Of a stretch of DNA of 64,000 nucleotides, positions 1-10,124 are shown piece by piece. Origin of the DNA: Pseudomonadota bacterium (GTDB taxonomy: Bacteria; Desulfobacterota; Desulfovibrionia; Desulfovibrionales; Desulfovibrionaceae); contig JAEWKM010000050.1 of assembly GCA_023386035.1 (NCBI GenBank), positions 67,694-131,693 of the forward strand, written 5' to 3'. Each line of letters begins with the position of its first letter. Position 1 is the first letter of the stretch. The notes beneath the pieces are model-generated. The model was not told the origin of the DNA. It saw only the letters and a program-made list of their open reading frames with translations, and ran no database searches. The translations under genes were made by a program, and so were the position numbers.

Positions 1-615
1 ATCCGCCAGTTGACGGACAAAGAGGTTATGGCTGCCGCGCTTATTGAAAACCTTCAGCGCGAAGACCTTAACCCCATCGAAGAGGCCGAAGCGCTGCAAG
101 CGTTGCGCGAAGCGCTGGATCTTACGCAGGAAGAACTGGCTTCACGTCTGGGCAAAAGCCGGCCGGCTGTAGCCAACGCATTGCGCTTGCTGCAACTGAG
201 TGCTGAAGCCAGGGATGACCTGCAATCGGGCCGCATAAGCGCCGGGCACGCCAGATGCCTGCTTGGCATTGACGGCGCAGACGCCGCCGAAGCTTTGCGC
301 CTGCGCATCCAAAGCCACAACATGACCGTGCGCGAAGCCGAGGAAGCTGCCGCGTTCTGGCGCGGCAACTCCACTCTGCCCTGGCAGGACCCGCAACAAG
401 AAGAAAAGCAAACGGCAACGCCGGTAAACCAAAGAATTTCCCGCAAAAAAAGTCCGGCATTCAAGGTACTACAGAAAAGTCTGAGCACTACCTTGGGATG
501 CGCCGCCAAGATAAGTGGCGATGAAAATGCTGGTCGCATTGCGCTTAACTATAGCAGCAAAGAAGAGCTGGACGCCTTGCTGGAAAAATTCGGGCTTGCC
601 CTTACAAGCGAATAA
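1..615 (+). CDS. parB: ParB/Spo0J chromosome partitioning protein, C-terminal part (5' end outside window)
   Basis: Frame open from base 1. It contains the ParB signature LIENLQREDLNPIEEAEAL plus an HTH-like LTQEELASRLGKSRPAVANALRLL. A bidirectional terminator follows. Confidence 0.9.
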   Translation: MRQLTDKEVMAAALIENLQREDLNPIEEAEALQALREALDLTQEELASRLGKSRPAVANALRLLQLSAEARDDLQSGRISAGHARCLLGIDGADAAEALRLRIQSHNMTVREAEEAAAFWRGNSTLPWQDPQQEEKQTATPVNQRISRKKSPAFKVLQKSLSTTLGCAAKISGDENAGRIALNYSSKEELDALLEKFGLALTSE

Positions 616-771
616 TAGCCCGAACAAATTAAAAAACTGAAACTCCTGCTGCGGCACTTTTGGCCCAACAAACAGCAGCGGCGATAAAACAAGCTGGCGC
701 AGCTGACAATTGAATCCCCAATTTTGATTGCGGAATGACTAAAAAAGCAGGGCCAGAGGAACAGAATAAAT

Positions 772-806
772 AAAAAAGCTGGGTCGCAATGCGATCCAGC
801 TTTTTT
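772..806. terminator. Bidirectional rho-independent terminator between convergent parB and rsmB
   Basis: AAAAAAGCTGG-gtcgcaatgcgat-CCAGCTTTTTT: a stem flanked by an A-tract and a T-tract. Confidence 0.8.
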
Positions 807-859
807 GGGTTCAAATTTTCCGTTCTGAAGTACTTCAGCATGCCTGCATATGGCAAAAA

Positions 860-2551
860 TCAGCCTTCATTTCGCAGCAAAGCCCCGAACATTCCTTCCA
901 GCCACGGGTGTGTGTGGCTCGTCTGCCACTGGCGTACAATTTTTATTTTACTATTTTTTTCAGCAAGATACTCTACCGCTTTTTCATTTTCAGCGGAATT
1001 CAAAGTGCAGGTAATATAGGCAAGTTCCCTGCCGGGCTGCAGCATAGCCGCTAACCTGCACAGCATTGCACGTTGCAACACTTCAAGTTCAGCAAGATGT
1101 TGTGGTTCACGTCTGCGAATATCTGGCCTGCGCGCCAGCACGCCAAGGCCTGAACACGGCGCATCAACCAGAATATGCCCGTGCCATTGCCTCACAGGCG
1201 GTTGGGTGGCGTCAGCAATGCAAATGGCAGGTTGCGGCAGCTTCAGGGTCGCGCATTGAGCAGGCAAGCCGCGCAGCCTGCCCACAGAGCGGTCTGTACA
1301 CAAGCCTACAGGCACGCCCCACTCCATAAGCGCCATACTCTTGCCGCCGTACCCCGCGCAGGCATCCCACACAGGCTCCCGCCACGCGTCGAGGCCAAGC
1401 TCGAGCAAGGCCACTTGCGAACCTGCCGACTGCCAGCTCAACACACCTTGCGACAACCAATGGCGCAGGTCAAAGCCAAGAGCTTCTCGTGGCATTTGCC
1501 CTGCCGCAAAGGCAAGGCCCCATTGGCCTATTTTGACAGGAGTGGCATAACTGCCGTCTGGCAATGGCGCACCCGGCGCAACACATGGTGCAGCGCCCGT
1601 CGCAAGACCTGACACAATGTGCGAGCCAGCAGATTCTGCCACTGCTCCAGAAGAATACTGACGCCCTTCCGAGTTTGCGCCTATAGCCGTTCCTGTGTCC
1701 GCACGAGCGTCTTCTCCTGCAGAGGGCTTACAATCCGCACCCTGCGCTTCGCGGGCAGGCAAATATTTGGCAGCAGCAGAAACCGCCGCATTTTCGGCAG
1801 CAAAAAATTCTGCACCGCGCGCTAAAGCGTCGTACAATTCTCGCGCCCTGGGATGGCCAGCATTTATCCGCAATGCGGAATATGGCCGCTCAAAGGATCG
1901 TTGCAGCAAAGCCAGGGCTGCTTGCTCGCCATAGGCTTTTCGCCACATGTTTCCTATCCACAAGGGCACGGAATAAAAAACACATTGAGCAGAAAAGCTC
2001 TGGCTGTTCGCATCAGATAACTGCGCTTTATTGCTCTTGTTTTTCTCTGCATAAAAGGCCTGCTGCAAAGGCTGTTGCCCTGCGCGCTGCAAAGAGCGCA
2101 ATGCGCCATTGGCAACACGCGACAGCCCTTGGCCAAAAAGCCTCCTGACCTGATCCACTGCCTCGTGAATGACTGCGTGAGCAGGAACTTTGTCCTGAAA
2201 CATCAGGCCATATACTGCAATGGCAAGAATAAGCCTCATGGGCCGGGGCAAATCCTGTGGGCGGCGAAGAACCGTAGACAAGATGAAATCCAGACGAATC
2301 TCGGTACGCAGGCAACCGTACACAAGCTCTGTGCAAAGCGCCCGGTCTTGAGCAGACAAGCCTGCCTGGCCCGCCGTATCTTTAGACGACGGTTCACGCT
2401 TGTGCTCTACCCTGGCATCCAGCACAGACGCCAAAGCCTGCTGCGCGCTTTGCCCCTGATCTGTCAGCAACAAGGCGCGCAGGGCTGCTGTGCGTCCATT
2501 GAAAGGCAAACCACGCAATTGAAAGTCCCGCTGCTTGAACGCCTTGCTCAT
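860..2551 (-). CDS. rsmB: 16S rRNA (cytosine-C5)-methyltransferase RsmB/Sun with an internal low-complexity insertion
   Basis: N-terminal NusB-like region (ALCTELVYGCLRTEIRLDFIL). C-terminal SAM methyltransferase motifs (VWDACAGYGGKS, ILVDAPCSGLGVLARRPDIR). Classical position downstream of fmt. Confidence 0.88.
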   Translation of the reverse strand: MSKAFKQRDFQLRGLPFNGRTAALRALLLTDQGQSAQQALASVLDARVEHKREPSSKDTAGQAGLSAQDRALCTELVYGCLRTEIRLDFILSTVLRRPQDLPRPMRLILAIAVYGLMFQDKVPAHAVIHEAVDQVRRLFGQGLSRVANGALRSLQRAGQQPLQQAFYAEKNKSNKAQLSDANSQSFSAQCVFYSVPLWIGNMWRKAYGEQAALALLQRSFERPYSALRINAGHPRARELYDALARGAEFFAAENAAVSAAAKYLPAREAQGADCKPSAGEDARADTGTAIGANSEGRQYSSGAVAESAGSHIVSGLATGAAPCVAPGAPLPDGSYATPVKIGQWGLAFAAGQMPREALGFDLRHWLSQGVLSWQSAGSQVALLELGLDAWREPVWDACAGYGGKSMALMEWGVPVGLCTDRSVGRLRGLPAQCATLKLPQPAICIADATQPPVRQWHGHILVDAPCSGLGVLARRPDIRRREPQHLAELEVLQRAMLCRLAAMLQPGRELAYITCTLNSAENEKAVEYLAEKNSKIKIVRQWQTSHTHPWLEGMFGALLRNEG

Positions 2552-3423
2552 GCTCTGCCCTTCTCGTCTTTGTGTCCTGTAATGTCAGACATCTTTTCCA
2601 GCGATGCATGCCGCATGGGCAAACTGTCGATCATACCAAGGAATAGCTGAATCACGTCTTCAAGCGCGTCCATTGGAACAAGGGTATCGAGGCACGGCCC
2701 GTTGGGGCGCATGTTCAGCACACCAAACACTGGCAGCGGATAACTGTCCTGTATGCCCGAAGTGAGATCACGCTCACAGGCAACGGCAATAATGCACGAA
2801 GGACGGCTCTGCACCACAATACGCCGAGCAATGGTGCCGCCTGTGGCTATGGCAAACTTGATGCCGTACTTGTCGCGCAGATCCAGCAACGCGCCCACCG
2901 GGCATTGCCCACAGCGCTGGCAGTGGTCAGCATTGTGTACCAACCTGTGCGGGCAGGACGAGCGCTGCACGCAGTGTGGCAACAGTAGCAAAAGCTGATG
3001 CGGCTGCACAGGCTTGCGGCGCGAAAGCACCAGCTCGTTATTCACCTTGATGAAACTGCGCCGTACCTTGCCCCGGTCGATGCCCACAAATTTTGCCAGC
3101 AGCTCCATAAGCGGGAAAAAAAGACGAATGGTCACATGACGCACACTGCGCGCGCCGGGCAAAGCCTTGCCAGTATAGATATGGAACACCAGCATAAGGC
3201 AAAGCCACATGAGTGCGCCAATACAGACCAGCCCGACAACAAGACTCAGATGCTCCAGCCAGACCACGCCATTGAGCGCGTCCGACCAGGGCAGTATAAG
3301 AAACACGGTGAGGCCCAGACAAAGAACCAGACACGATGCCAGCATAAGCCCGATGAAGATGCGCTTGCGCGCGCCACCGTACTGCTCTGGCGGAAGAGAA
3401 AAGGGAGATTTACGCAGTTTCAT
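2548..3423 (-). CDS. DUF116 family membrane protein (Cys-rich)
   Basis: N-terminal TM helices, then LLLLLPHCVQRSSCPHRL...CQRCGQCPVGAL...FAIATGGTIARRIV, typical of DUF116 proteins found between fmt and rsmB. ATGA overlap with rsmB. GAGG RBS. Confidence 0.75.
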   Translation of the reverse strand: MKLRKSPFSLPPEQYGGARKRIFIGLMLASCLVLCLGLTVFLILPWSDALNGVVWLEHLSLVVGLVCIGALMWLCLMLVFHIYTGKALPGARSVRHVTIRLFFPLMELLAKFVGIDRGKVRRSFIKVNNELVLSRRKPVQPHQLLLLLPHCVQRSSCPHRLVHNADHCQRCGQCPVGALLDLRDKYGIKFAIATGGTIARRIVVQSRPSCIIAVACERDLTSGIQDSYPLPVFGVLNMRPNGPCLDTLVPMDALEDVIQLFLGMIDSLPMRHASLEKMSDITGHKDEKGRA

Positions 3424-3811
3424 GAAACCTCATGAGATCACGGCGGGAGAAAAATACAAATATCAGGCCCGAACTGGGGCAAAAAAGGCGCATAGCCAAT
3501 TTTACGCTTCACGCGGCGTCTGCGCAACAAAAGCTGCTGGCCCTGGCAATGATCCAAAAAAGAGAAAAAATAAGCCCAAAACAGCCTCTAATCCGACAGC
3601 TTATGTAGGCTGTGGCATGTCGAACCAGTGCAGATTGCCTTTACGACAATTGCTACAATGAGTGTCTGAAGCAGCAACCCTGAGAACCCCACATCAGGTC
3701 AGGAAACTCCCCGAACGGAGCAAAGCAAAAAGATGGATTCATGAATGGGGGGTGAGAGAGGACCCCTTTTGCATAAGGGGTCTCCTCCACAAAAATTTCA
3801 GACCAAAATTT

Positions 3812-4825
3812 CTATGCAGAAATTTCAGGCTGCCGGGCAGTGCCGCAAAATCCCTCAGGCAGATTTTTCAACCCGCCGTTGAGCAGGTCACGCACGGGCA
3901 TATCCTTACGGCCCTCGGGGCGCACCAGACCAAACATATACCAGCGGTCAGAACAGGCCACGCCAAGTCCGTTACTGTCGTGACGCACGGTGCCGGGCTT
4001 TTCACCCGCAGTGGACTCGCCAATTGTTCCAGGTGAAACAATGAGGGGCAAAACCTGCGCGGCAAAGTCAGCGGCGGCATCAAGATGCAGCACCGTGCGC
4101 GCGCCGGGTTTTGGTGTAACACCACGAATTTGTGCATGAACTTGAGCAGCACTGAGCGTCCAGTCCACAAAACCGTCTTGCTTGCCGATTTTGGCGGCGT
4201 GGGTGGAAAGCTTTTCGTCCTGCTCCACCGCCACTGCCCTGCCCTCAAGGACATCGCCCAGCACTTTCACCAGCAAATCTGCGCCCATTTCTGCCAGGGC
4301 GTCGTGCAGCGTGCCAGAGGTGTGCTCGCCAATGAGCGTATCGCTCATGGCGTAGACAGGCCCGGCATCAAGCCTGCTGCCAATCTGCATAATGGATATG
4401 CCAGCCCGCGATTCAGGCTGCCAGCCTTCCATAACCGCCCGCTGAATGGGCGCTGCCCCGCGCAAGCGCGGCAATATGGAAGCGTGCACGTTGATGGCAC
4501 CAAAACGGGGCATGGCAAGCACTGCGTCAGGTAAAATCAGGCCATAGGCGGCAACGGCCAGCACGTCAGCCTTCAGGGCCGACAGTTCGGCTTGTGCCTC
4601 GGCACCCTTGAGACTGGCTGGCTGATATACGGGAATACCCAGCTCAAGCGCCAATTTTTTTACAGCAGACATGGCCAGCTTGTGCCCGCGGCCAGCAGGG
4701 CGGTCGGGCTGCGTATAAACAGCTACAATGTCCGCACGCGGCCAAGCCGCCAGCTCTTTCAAGCTGGCGGCTGCGAAGTCCGGCGTGCCCATAAAGACTA
4801 TTCGGCAGTCTTTTTCTTGAGCCAT
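3812..4825 (-). CDS. fmt: Methionyl-tRNA formyltransferase
   Basis: RIVFMGTPDFAAASL and GAINVHASILPRLRGAAPIQRAV motifs. Located downstream of def. Confidence 0.95.
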   Translation of the reverse strand: MAQEKDCRIVFMGTPDFAAASLKELAAWPRADIVAVYTQPDRPAGRGHKLAMSAVKKLALELGIPVYQPASLKGAEAQAELSALKADVLAVAAYGLILPDAVLAMPRFGAINVHASILPRLRGAAPIQRAVMEGWQPESRAGISIMQIGSRLDAGPVYAMSDTLIGEHTSGTLHDALAEMGADLLVKVLGDVLEGRAVAVEQDEKLSTHAAKIGKQDGFVDWTLSAAQVHAQIRGVTPKPGARTVLHLDAAADFAAQVLPLIVSPGTIGESTAGEKPGTVRHDSNGLGVACSDRWYMFGLVRPEGRKDMPVRDLLNGGLKNLPEGFCGTARQPEISA

Positions 4826-5316
4826 TTTTTTACCTTGCTGTCGTACAGGCTGCGCCTCAGACGGCTGATTTTGTCGATAAACAGAATTCCGTCCAGATGG
4901 TCAAACTCATGCTGCATGACAATGGCGGGAAACTCTTCCAGATCTTCTTCAATGACATTGCCGTCCAGATCCTGGGCCTTCAGATGAACCTTGCTCATGC
5001 GCTTTACATCTGCGCGGTAGTTCATTGGCACAGAAAGGCAGCCCTCCTGCTCGCTCACCACTTCCTCGCCAGAAAGCGTCAGCACAGGATTAATGAGCAC
5101 ACGCGGGTTTCTTTCGTCCTTCTGCGATGAAGGGTCCATAACCAGCATGCGGATATTGCGGCCCACCTGCGGGGCGGCAAGCCCCACGCCGGGCGCTTCA
5201 TACATGGTTTCGAGCATGTCGGCAGCGAACTGGCGGATTTCGTCCGTCACTTCCCCCACAGGCTCGCACACCTCTTTGAGGCGCGGATCGGGATAGGTAA
5301 CAATATCAAGAATCAT
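4798..5316 (-). CDS. def: Peptide deformylase
   Basis: GVGLAAPQVG, EGCLSVP and QHEFDHLDG motifs. Start set at ATG 5316 (MILDIVTYPDPRL), preceded by AAGGA. The ORF track extends to 5355. Confidence 0.93.
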   Translation of the reverse strand: MILDIVTYPDPRLKEVCEPVGEVTDEIRQFAADMLETMYEAPGVGLAAPQVGRNIRMLVMDPSSQKDERNPRVLINPVLTLSGEEVVSEQEGCLSVPMNYRADVKRMSKVHLKAQDLDGNVIEEDLEEFPAIVMQHEFDHLDGILFIDKISRLRRSLYDSKVKKWLKKKTAE

Positions 5317-5358
5317 GTCTTTTCCTTGAGCCTCGGCAAGGGCCGGGGCTGGCATTCG

Positions 5359-5397
5359 TTAGAGTATTTAAATTTTGAAAAATATTAAATGCTCTAA
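5359..5397. repeat. Solo palindromic copy of the GAGCATTT..TTTGAAA repeat family
   Basis: TTAGAGTATTTAAATTTTGAAAAATATTAAATGCTCTAA: two terminal-repeat-like arms back to back. Confidence 0.6.
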
Positions 5398-5508
5398 CGC
5401 TGCACTCTGGTGCAGCGCGCCGCCACGCGGCTTAAATTCTGCCGAAAGGCACGCCTTTCGGCAGAATGACAGCGTATAAATGTTTAGCATTTAAAATGCT
5501 TATCAGCT

Positions 5509-7401
5509 TTAATCAGCCTTTGTCTCTTCACCGGGTTTGTCGGTCTTGGGCTTATCACCCGGCTGCTCGCGCAGACGCAGGCCCAGTTCACGCAACTGCT
5601 TGGCTGCCACGGGCGCGGGGGCGTCCGTCATAAGGCAGGTAGCTTTTTGCGTTTTGGGGAAGGCAATAACGTCGCGGATGCTGCTTGCGCCTGCTAACAA
5701 CATGATAAGACGGTCAAGGCCGAAGGCAAGGCCGCCGTGCGGCGGAGCGCCCTGCTCCAGAGCCTGAATGAGAAAGCCAAACTGGCTTTCGGCCTGCTCG
5801 GGCGTAAAGCCGAGGGCTTCAAACATGCGGCGTTGCACTTCACCCGAATGAATACGAATGGAACCGCCGCCCACTTCACTGCCGTTGAGCACCATATCAT
5901 AGGCGCGGGCACGGGCCTTGGCCGGATCAGTGGTCATCAGTTCCATATGACCCGGGGCCGGAGCCGTGAAGGGATGGTGGCAGGCCACGTAGCGCTTTTC
6001 CTCGTCATTGTATTCAAACAGGGGAAAGTCCGTGACCCAGAGGAAATTGAAGCTGTCTTCAGGGATAAGCTTGAGGTGGTGGGCCAGATGCACGCGCAGG
6101 TTGCCCAGCGCAGCATTGACCATGCCGGGGTCGCCAGCCTGGAAGAAGACGATGTCGCCCACCTTGAGGTCCAGAGCTTCGGCAATGCCCTTGCGTTCCT
6201 CGTCAGAAAGGAACTTGGCAATGGGCGACTGCCATTCGTCGGCCTTGATCTTGATCCAGGCCAGACCCTGAGCGCCGTAGATTTTCACAAATTCGGTAAA
6301 GGCGTCGATTTCCTTGCGGGTCATGCCTTCGCCGCCGGGAACCTTCATGCCCTTGACCAGGGGCGCGGTGGCAAACAGCTTGAAGCCGGAACCACGCACG
6401 ATCTCGGTGATATTCACCAGTTCAAGCCCAAAACGGGTGTCCGGCTTGTCCACGCCGTAGCGGGCCATTGCTTCGTCCCAGGGCATACGCGGGAAGGGCA
6501 AAGCGATTTCCTTGCCCATAACGTCCTTGAACACGCGGGCCATAAGGCCTTCAGCCATGCCCATGACAGTTTCTTCGTCCGCGAAGCTCATTTCGATGTC
6601 CACCTGAGTGAACTCGGGCTGGCGGTCGGCGCGCAGGTCTTCGTCGCGGAAGCAGCGCACGATCTGGAAATAGCGGTCCATGCCAGCCACCATAAGCAGC
6701 TGTTTGAAGAGTTGGGGCGACTGCGGCAAGGCGTAAAATTCGCCGGAATTCAGGCGGCTGGGCACCAGAAAGTCACGAGCGCCTTCGGGCGTGGACTTGG
6801 TGAGGATGGGGGTTTCCACCTCAATAAAATTGCCCTCGTCCAGATAGTGGCGCACGCACTGGGCCACCTTGTGGCGCAAACGCAGATTGGCCTGCATGCG
6901 CGGGCGGCGCAGATCAAGATAGCGCCAGGCCAGACGCAGGTTTTCACCGGCGTCGCAGCGGTCTTCAATGGCGAAAGGCGGCGTTTTGGAAGTATTGAGC
7001 AGCTTCCATTCCGTTGCCACCACTTCGATCTGGCCCGTGACCATATTGGAATTGATCATGCCATCGGGGCGCGGACGCACCTTGCCCTTGATGGCAAGCA
7101 CATATTCAGAACGCAGAATATGCGCGTTCTCATGCGCGCTGGGAGCCGCATCAGGGCTGAAGACCACCTGGGTAAGGCCCATACGGTCGCGCAGGTCCAC
7201 AAAGATGAGCCCGCCGTGGTCACGGCGGTATTGCACCCAGCCCATAATGCAGACTTCCTGCCCGTCATTGGCAAGCGTCAATTCACCGCAGCTGTGGCTG
7301 CGATGCCACTGGCCAAGGTCGGCGATATACTTCTGATGCTCCTGCTGCACGTCCTGGCCCTGCGCGGGCGTCTGCTCGGCAATCTGGCTTTCTTCAGTCA
7401 T
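5509..7401 (-). CDS. aspS: Aspartate--tRNA ligase
   Basis: Class II aaRS motifs ([35 protein letters not shown]) and an OB-fold N-terminus. Confidence 0.96.
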   Translation of the reverse strand: MTEESQIAEQTPAQGQDVQQEHQKYIADLGQWHRSHSCGELTLANDGQEVCIMGWVQYRRDHGGLIFVDLRDRMGLTQVVFSPDAAPSAHENAHILRSEYVLAIKGKVRPRPDGMINSNMVTGQIEVVATEWKLLNTSKTPPFAIEDRCDAGENLRLAWRYLDLRRPRMQANLRLRHKVAQCVRHYLDEGNFIEVETPILTKSTPEGARDFLVPSRLNSGEFYALPQSPQLFKQLLMVAGMDRYFQIVRCFRDEDLRADRQPEFTQVDIEMSFADEETVMGMAEGLMARVFKDVMGKEIALPFPRMPWDEAMARYGVDKPDTRFGLELVNITEIVRGSGFKLFATAPLVKGMKVPGGEGMTRKEIDAFTEFVKIYGAQGLAWIKIKADEWQSPIAKFLSDEERKGIAEALDLKVGDIVFFQAGDPGMVNAALGNLRVHLAHHLKLIPEDSFNFLWVTDFPLFEYNDEEKRYVACHHPFTAPAPGHMELMTTDPAKARARAYDMVLNGSEVGGGSIRIHSGEVQRRMFEALGFTPEQAESQFGFLIQALEQGAPPHGGLAFGLDRLIMLLAGASSIRDVIAFPKTQKATCLMTDAPAPVAAKQLRELGLRLREQPGDKPKTDKPGEETKAD

Positions 7402-7402
7402 G

Positions 7403-8653
7403 TTAGTTGGTTCCCGTTTGCAAAAAGTGTAGAGCCCCGGACTGCGGCACGGCTGTCTGCTCTCCGCTTTCCAGATTTTTTATGACCACTGTATTCTGAG
7501 CCGCTTCATCCGGCCCGATGATAAGGCAGTAGCGCGCGCCAGACTTGCCCGCCTGACGCATAAGGCTTTTAAAGCCGCCTTCGCTGAAATTCATTTCACC
7601 CTTGAGGCCCGCGCCCCGCAGGCTTTGCGCCAGGGCATAACCCTGCGCCTTGCTTTGCGCGTCCATGCCCACAAGGTAGAAGTCCGCCGGGTTTGCGTCG
7701 CCTTCGCCCATCATGAGGGCCAGACGCTCCATACCGGCAGCAAATCCCACACCGGGGGTGTCGGGGCCGCCAAGGCTCTTTACAAGGTCGTCATAACGGC
7801 CCCCGCCTGCCACAGCCGCCTGCGCGCCAATACTGCCGCTCACAACCTCAAAGGTGGTACGGCAATAGTAATCAAGCCCGCGCACCAGCCTGTGATCCAG
7901 CTCATAGGGCAGCTTTTCGGCAGAGAGCAGGTCGAGCACTGTGTCAAAGTGGGCGCGGCAGTCAGGGCAGTTATAGTCAAGCAGCTTGGGAGCCGCATCC
8001 GTGATGGCGCGGCAGCCGGGCTGCTTGCAGTCCAGCACGCGCAGGGGATTGGTATTGACCCTGCGGGCGCAGTCCGGGCAAAGAGCGGCACTGTCTACAG
8101 TTTGCAGGTAGGCCAGCAGCGCTTCCTTGAACTTGGGGCGGCATTCGCTGCAACCAAGGGAATTGACCTTGAGGGTCAGGTCCGTGAGGCCCAGGGCATC
8201 AAGAAACCGCAGCAGCATGCTGATGAGATCCGCATCGGCATAGGGGCTGTGTGAGCCAAGGCATTCGCAGTTGATCTGGTGGAACTGCCGCATGCGGCCC
8301 TTTTGCGGGCGCTCGTACCGGAACATGGGCCCGGTGGTGAAAAGGCGGCTCACAGGTTCCCGGTTGGCAAGGCCGCTTTCAATATAAGCCCGCATGACGC
8401 CAGCCGTGGCTTCTGGCCGCAGCGTCAGCGACCTGCTTTTGCGGTCGGGAAAGGTGTACATTTCTTTCTGCACCACGTCGGTTTCTTCGCCGATGGAGCG
8501 CTGAAAAAGTTCTGTAAATTCCACAATGGGGGTGCGCAGTTCCACAAAGCCGTAGCGGCTGAAAACAGCGCGCCCCGTATTTTCGATACGGGTGAATACT
8601 TCGCTGTCCGGCGGAAACATATCCGCGAAACCCTTGATGCGTGCGATGCTCAT
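7403..8653 (-). CDS. hisS: Histidine--tRNA ligase
   Basis: [30 protein letters not shown] and GGGRYD motifs. Confidence 0.96.
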   Translation of the reverse strand: MSIARIKGFADMFPPDSEVFTRIENTGRAVFSRYGFVELRTPIVEFTELFQRSIGEETDVVQKEMYTFPDRKSRSLTLRPEATAGVMRAYIESGLANREPVSRLFTTGPMFRYERPQKGRMRQFHQINCECLGSHSPYADADLISMLLRFLDALGLTDLTLKVNSLGCSECRPKFKEALLAYLQTVDSAALCPDCARRVNTNPLRVLDCKQPGCRAITDAAPKLLDYNCPDCRAHFDTVLDLLSAEKLPYELDHRLVRGLDYYCRTTFEVVSGSIGAQAAVAGGGRYDDLVKSLGGPDTPGVGFAAGMERLALMMGEGDANPADFYLVGMDAQSKAQGYALAQSLRGAGLKGEMNFSEGGFKSLMRQAGKSGARYCLIIGPDEAAQNTVVIKNLESGEQTAVPQSGALHFLQTGTN

Positions 8654-8715
8654 GTCTTCCTCAATGGGGGCCCGGTAACGGGCGCTTTTTCGGCCTCCTG
8701 GCCGGGGGCCAGAAA

Positions 8716-10119
8716 TTAGCGTGAACCGCAGGAGCCTTCAAGCTTAAACTTGCCGCCACAGTCGTCGCAAGGCACGGGATAGTTCCCGGTAAAGCAGGCC
8801 ATGCAGTAATTCTGCGGCTGCGACACGGAGCCAAGCAAACCCTCAATACTAAGGTAATGCAGCGAATCCACATCCAGCTTGCGCGTTATTTCCGCCAAAT
8901 TGTGCTGGGCGGCAATGAGTTCGCCACGCGATGAAAAATCAATGCCGTAATAGCAGGGAGAAATCACCGGCGGCGAAGAAATGCGGATATGCACTTCCTT
9001 GGCGCCAAGCTCGCGCAGCTTTTTCACGCGGGTCGTCATGGTGGTGCCGCGCACGATGCTGTCGTCAATAATGCAGATACGCTTGCCTTCAATCATTTCG
9101 CGCACGGGATTGATCTTCACACGCACGCCAAAGCTGCGCATGCTCTGCGAAGGCTGAATAAAGGTACGCCCCACATAGTGATTTCGTATCATGGCATGCT
9201 CATACGGCAGGCCCGAGCCTTGCGCGAAACCCAGGGCAGGATAGATGCCCGAGTCGGGAAAAGGCATGACAAAATCTACGTCAGGCGTTGATTCCTTGGC
9301 CAGATTGCAGCCCATTTTTTTGCGGCACAGGTAGACCTGCTCGTCAAAAATATAAGAGTCGGGTCTGGCAAAATAGACCAGTTCAAAAATACACTGGGCC
9401 GGTTTTTCAGGCATGGGGCCAATGAGGGTGTCGCTGCTGACGTTGTTGCCTTCAACAGTGACCACTTCACCCGGTGCGACCGAACGGATAAATTCCGCTT
9501 CAAGCAAGTCGAATGCACAGGTTTCAGAAGCAAAAACGGTGCTGCCGTTCATGCGGCCCAAAGCCAGGGGATGAAAGCCGTGAGGATCGCGCACGGCCAC
9601 CATAATGCCGTCCATCATGACCAGCAGGCAGTATGCGCCGCGTACCCTGTAGCAGGCTTCCTTGACGGCTCCTGGCAAATCGTTGTGGCGCAGGGCGCGC
9701 ACCAGCAGATGCATGAACACTTCCGTGTCATTGCTGGTGGAAAAAATGGCCCCTTCGTTTTCCAGATCTTCACGCAGTTGTCCGGCATTGACCAGGTTGC
9801 CGTTATGGGCCAGCGCTATGGATCTGCCCTTGTAATTGGTCAGAAAAGGCTGGGCATTGCTGGCGGAAGAACTGCCCGTAGTGGAATAGCGCACATGCCC
9901 GATAGCGTTGCGGCCTGTGAGTTTTTGCAGGCTGGCTTCGGTAAAGACGTCGGGCACAAGGCCCATGCCCTTGTGCTCGTGTACGCCGTCAGTGCCAAAG
10001 GTGACGATACCCGCGCTTTCCTGCCCCCGGTGCTGCTGGGCGTAAAGACCGAAGTAGGCCAGACGGGCAGCCTCGTCATGGTCATAAATGCCAAAAACAC
10101 CGCATTCGTGCTTAATCAT
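8716..10119 (-). CDS. purF: Amidophosphoribosyltransferase (glutamine PRPP amidotransferase)
   Basis: MIKHE propeptide, then the CGVFGIY Ntn nucleophile. PRTase motif ICIIDDSIVRGTT. C-terminal Cys ligands (CYYGID, CMACFTGNYP). Confidence 0.95.
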   Translation of the reverse strand: MIKHECGVFGIYDHDEAARLAYFGLYAQQHRGQESAGIVTFGTDGVHEHKGMGLVPDVFTEASLQKLTGRNAIGHVRYSTTGSSSASNAQPFLTNYKGRSIALAHNGNLVNAGQLREDLENEGAIFSTSNDTEVFMHLLVRALRHNDLPGAVKEACYRVRGAYCLLVMMDGIMVAVRDPHGFHPLALGRMNGSTVFASETCAFDLLEAEFIRSVAPGEVVTVEGNNVSSDTLIGPMPEKPAQCIFELVYFARPDSYIFDEQVYLCRKKMGCNLAKESTPDVDFVMPFPDSGIYPALGFAQGSGLPYEHAMIRNHYVGRTFIQPSQSMRSFGVRVKINPVREMIEGKRICIIDDSIVRGTTMTTRVKKLRELGAKEVHIRISSPPVISPCYYGIDFSSRGELIAAQHNLAEITRKLDVDSLHYLSIEGLLGSVSQPQNYCMACFTGNYPVPCDDCGGKFKLEGSCGSR

Positions 10120-10124
10120 AAGCC

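Noticed and set aside
800-830. tRNA T-arm-like GGGTTCAAATTTTCC.
   Set aside because: No complementary stem and no cloverleaf can be drawn. It is the tail of the terminator.
616-860. Search for a parS site (TGTTTCACGTGAAACA-type) next to parB and elsewhere in the window.
   Set aside because: No match better than about 10/16 was seen (for example GGTTTCACGTTCGGAA inside pnp). parS sites presumably lie outside this window.
3662-4036. 124-aa plus-strand ORF spanning the fmt 3' end.
   Set aside because: It overlaps fmt in antisense and has no RBS and no recognisable motifs.
5737-7485. 582-aa plus-strand ORF antisense to aspS. The same applies to 11243-13663 (antisense gyrA), 13880-15049 and 15416-16273 (gyrB), 16414-17418 (dnaN), 26632-27921 (UxaA-like), 30464-31627 (ppiD), 35277-36035 (GGDEF), 37131-37841 (cls), 40884-43427 (giant sensor), 48410-50212 (ccmF), 54509-55849 (ppk) and 59321-61339 (pnp).
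   Set aside because: These are mirror ORFs, typical of GC-rich DNA. The opposite strand encodes unmistakable conserved proteins. The antisense translations are G/A/H/R/V-rich low-information sequence without RBS or recognisable motifs.
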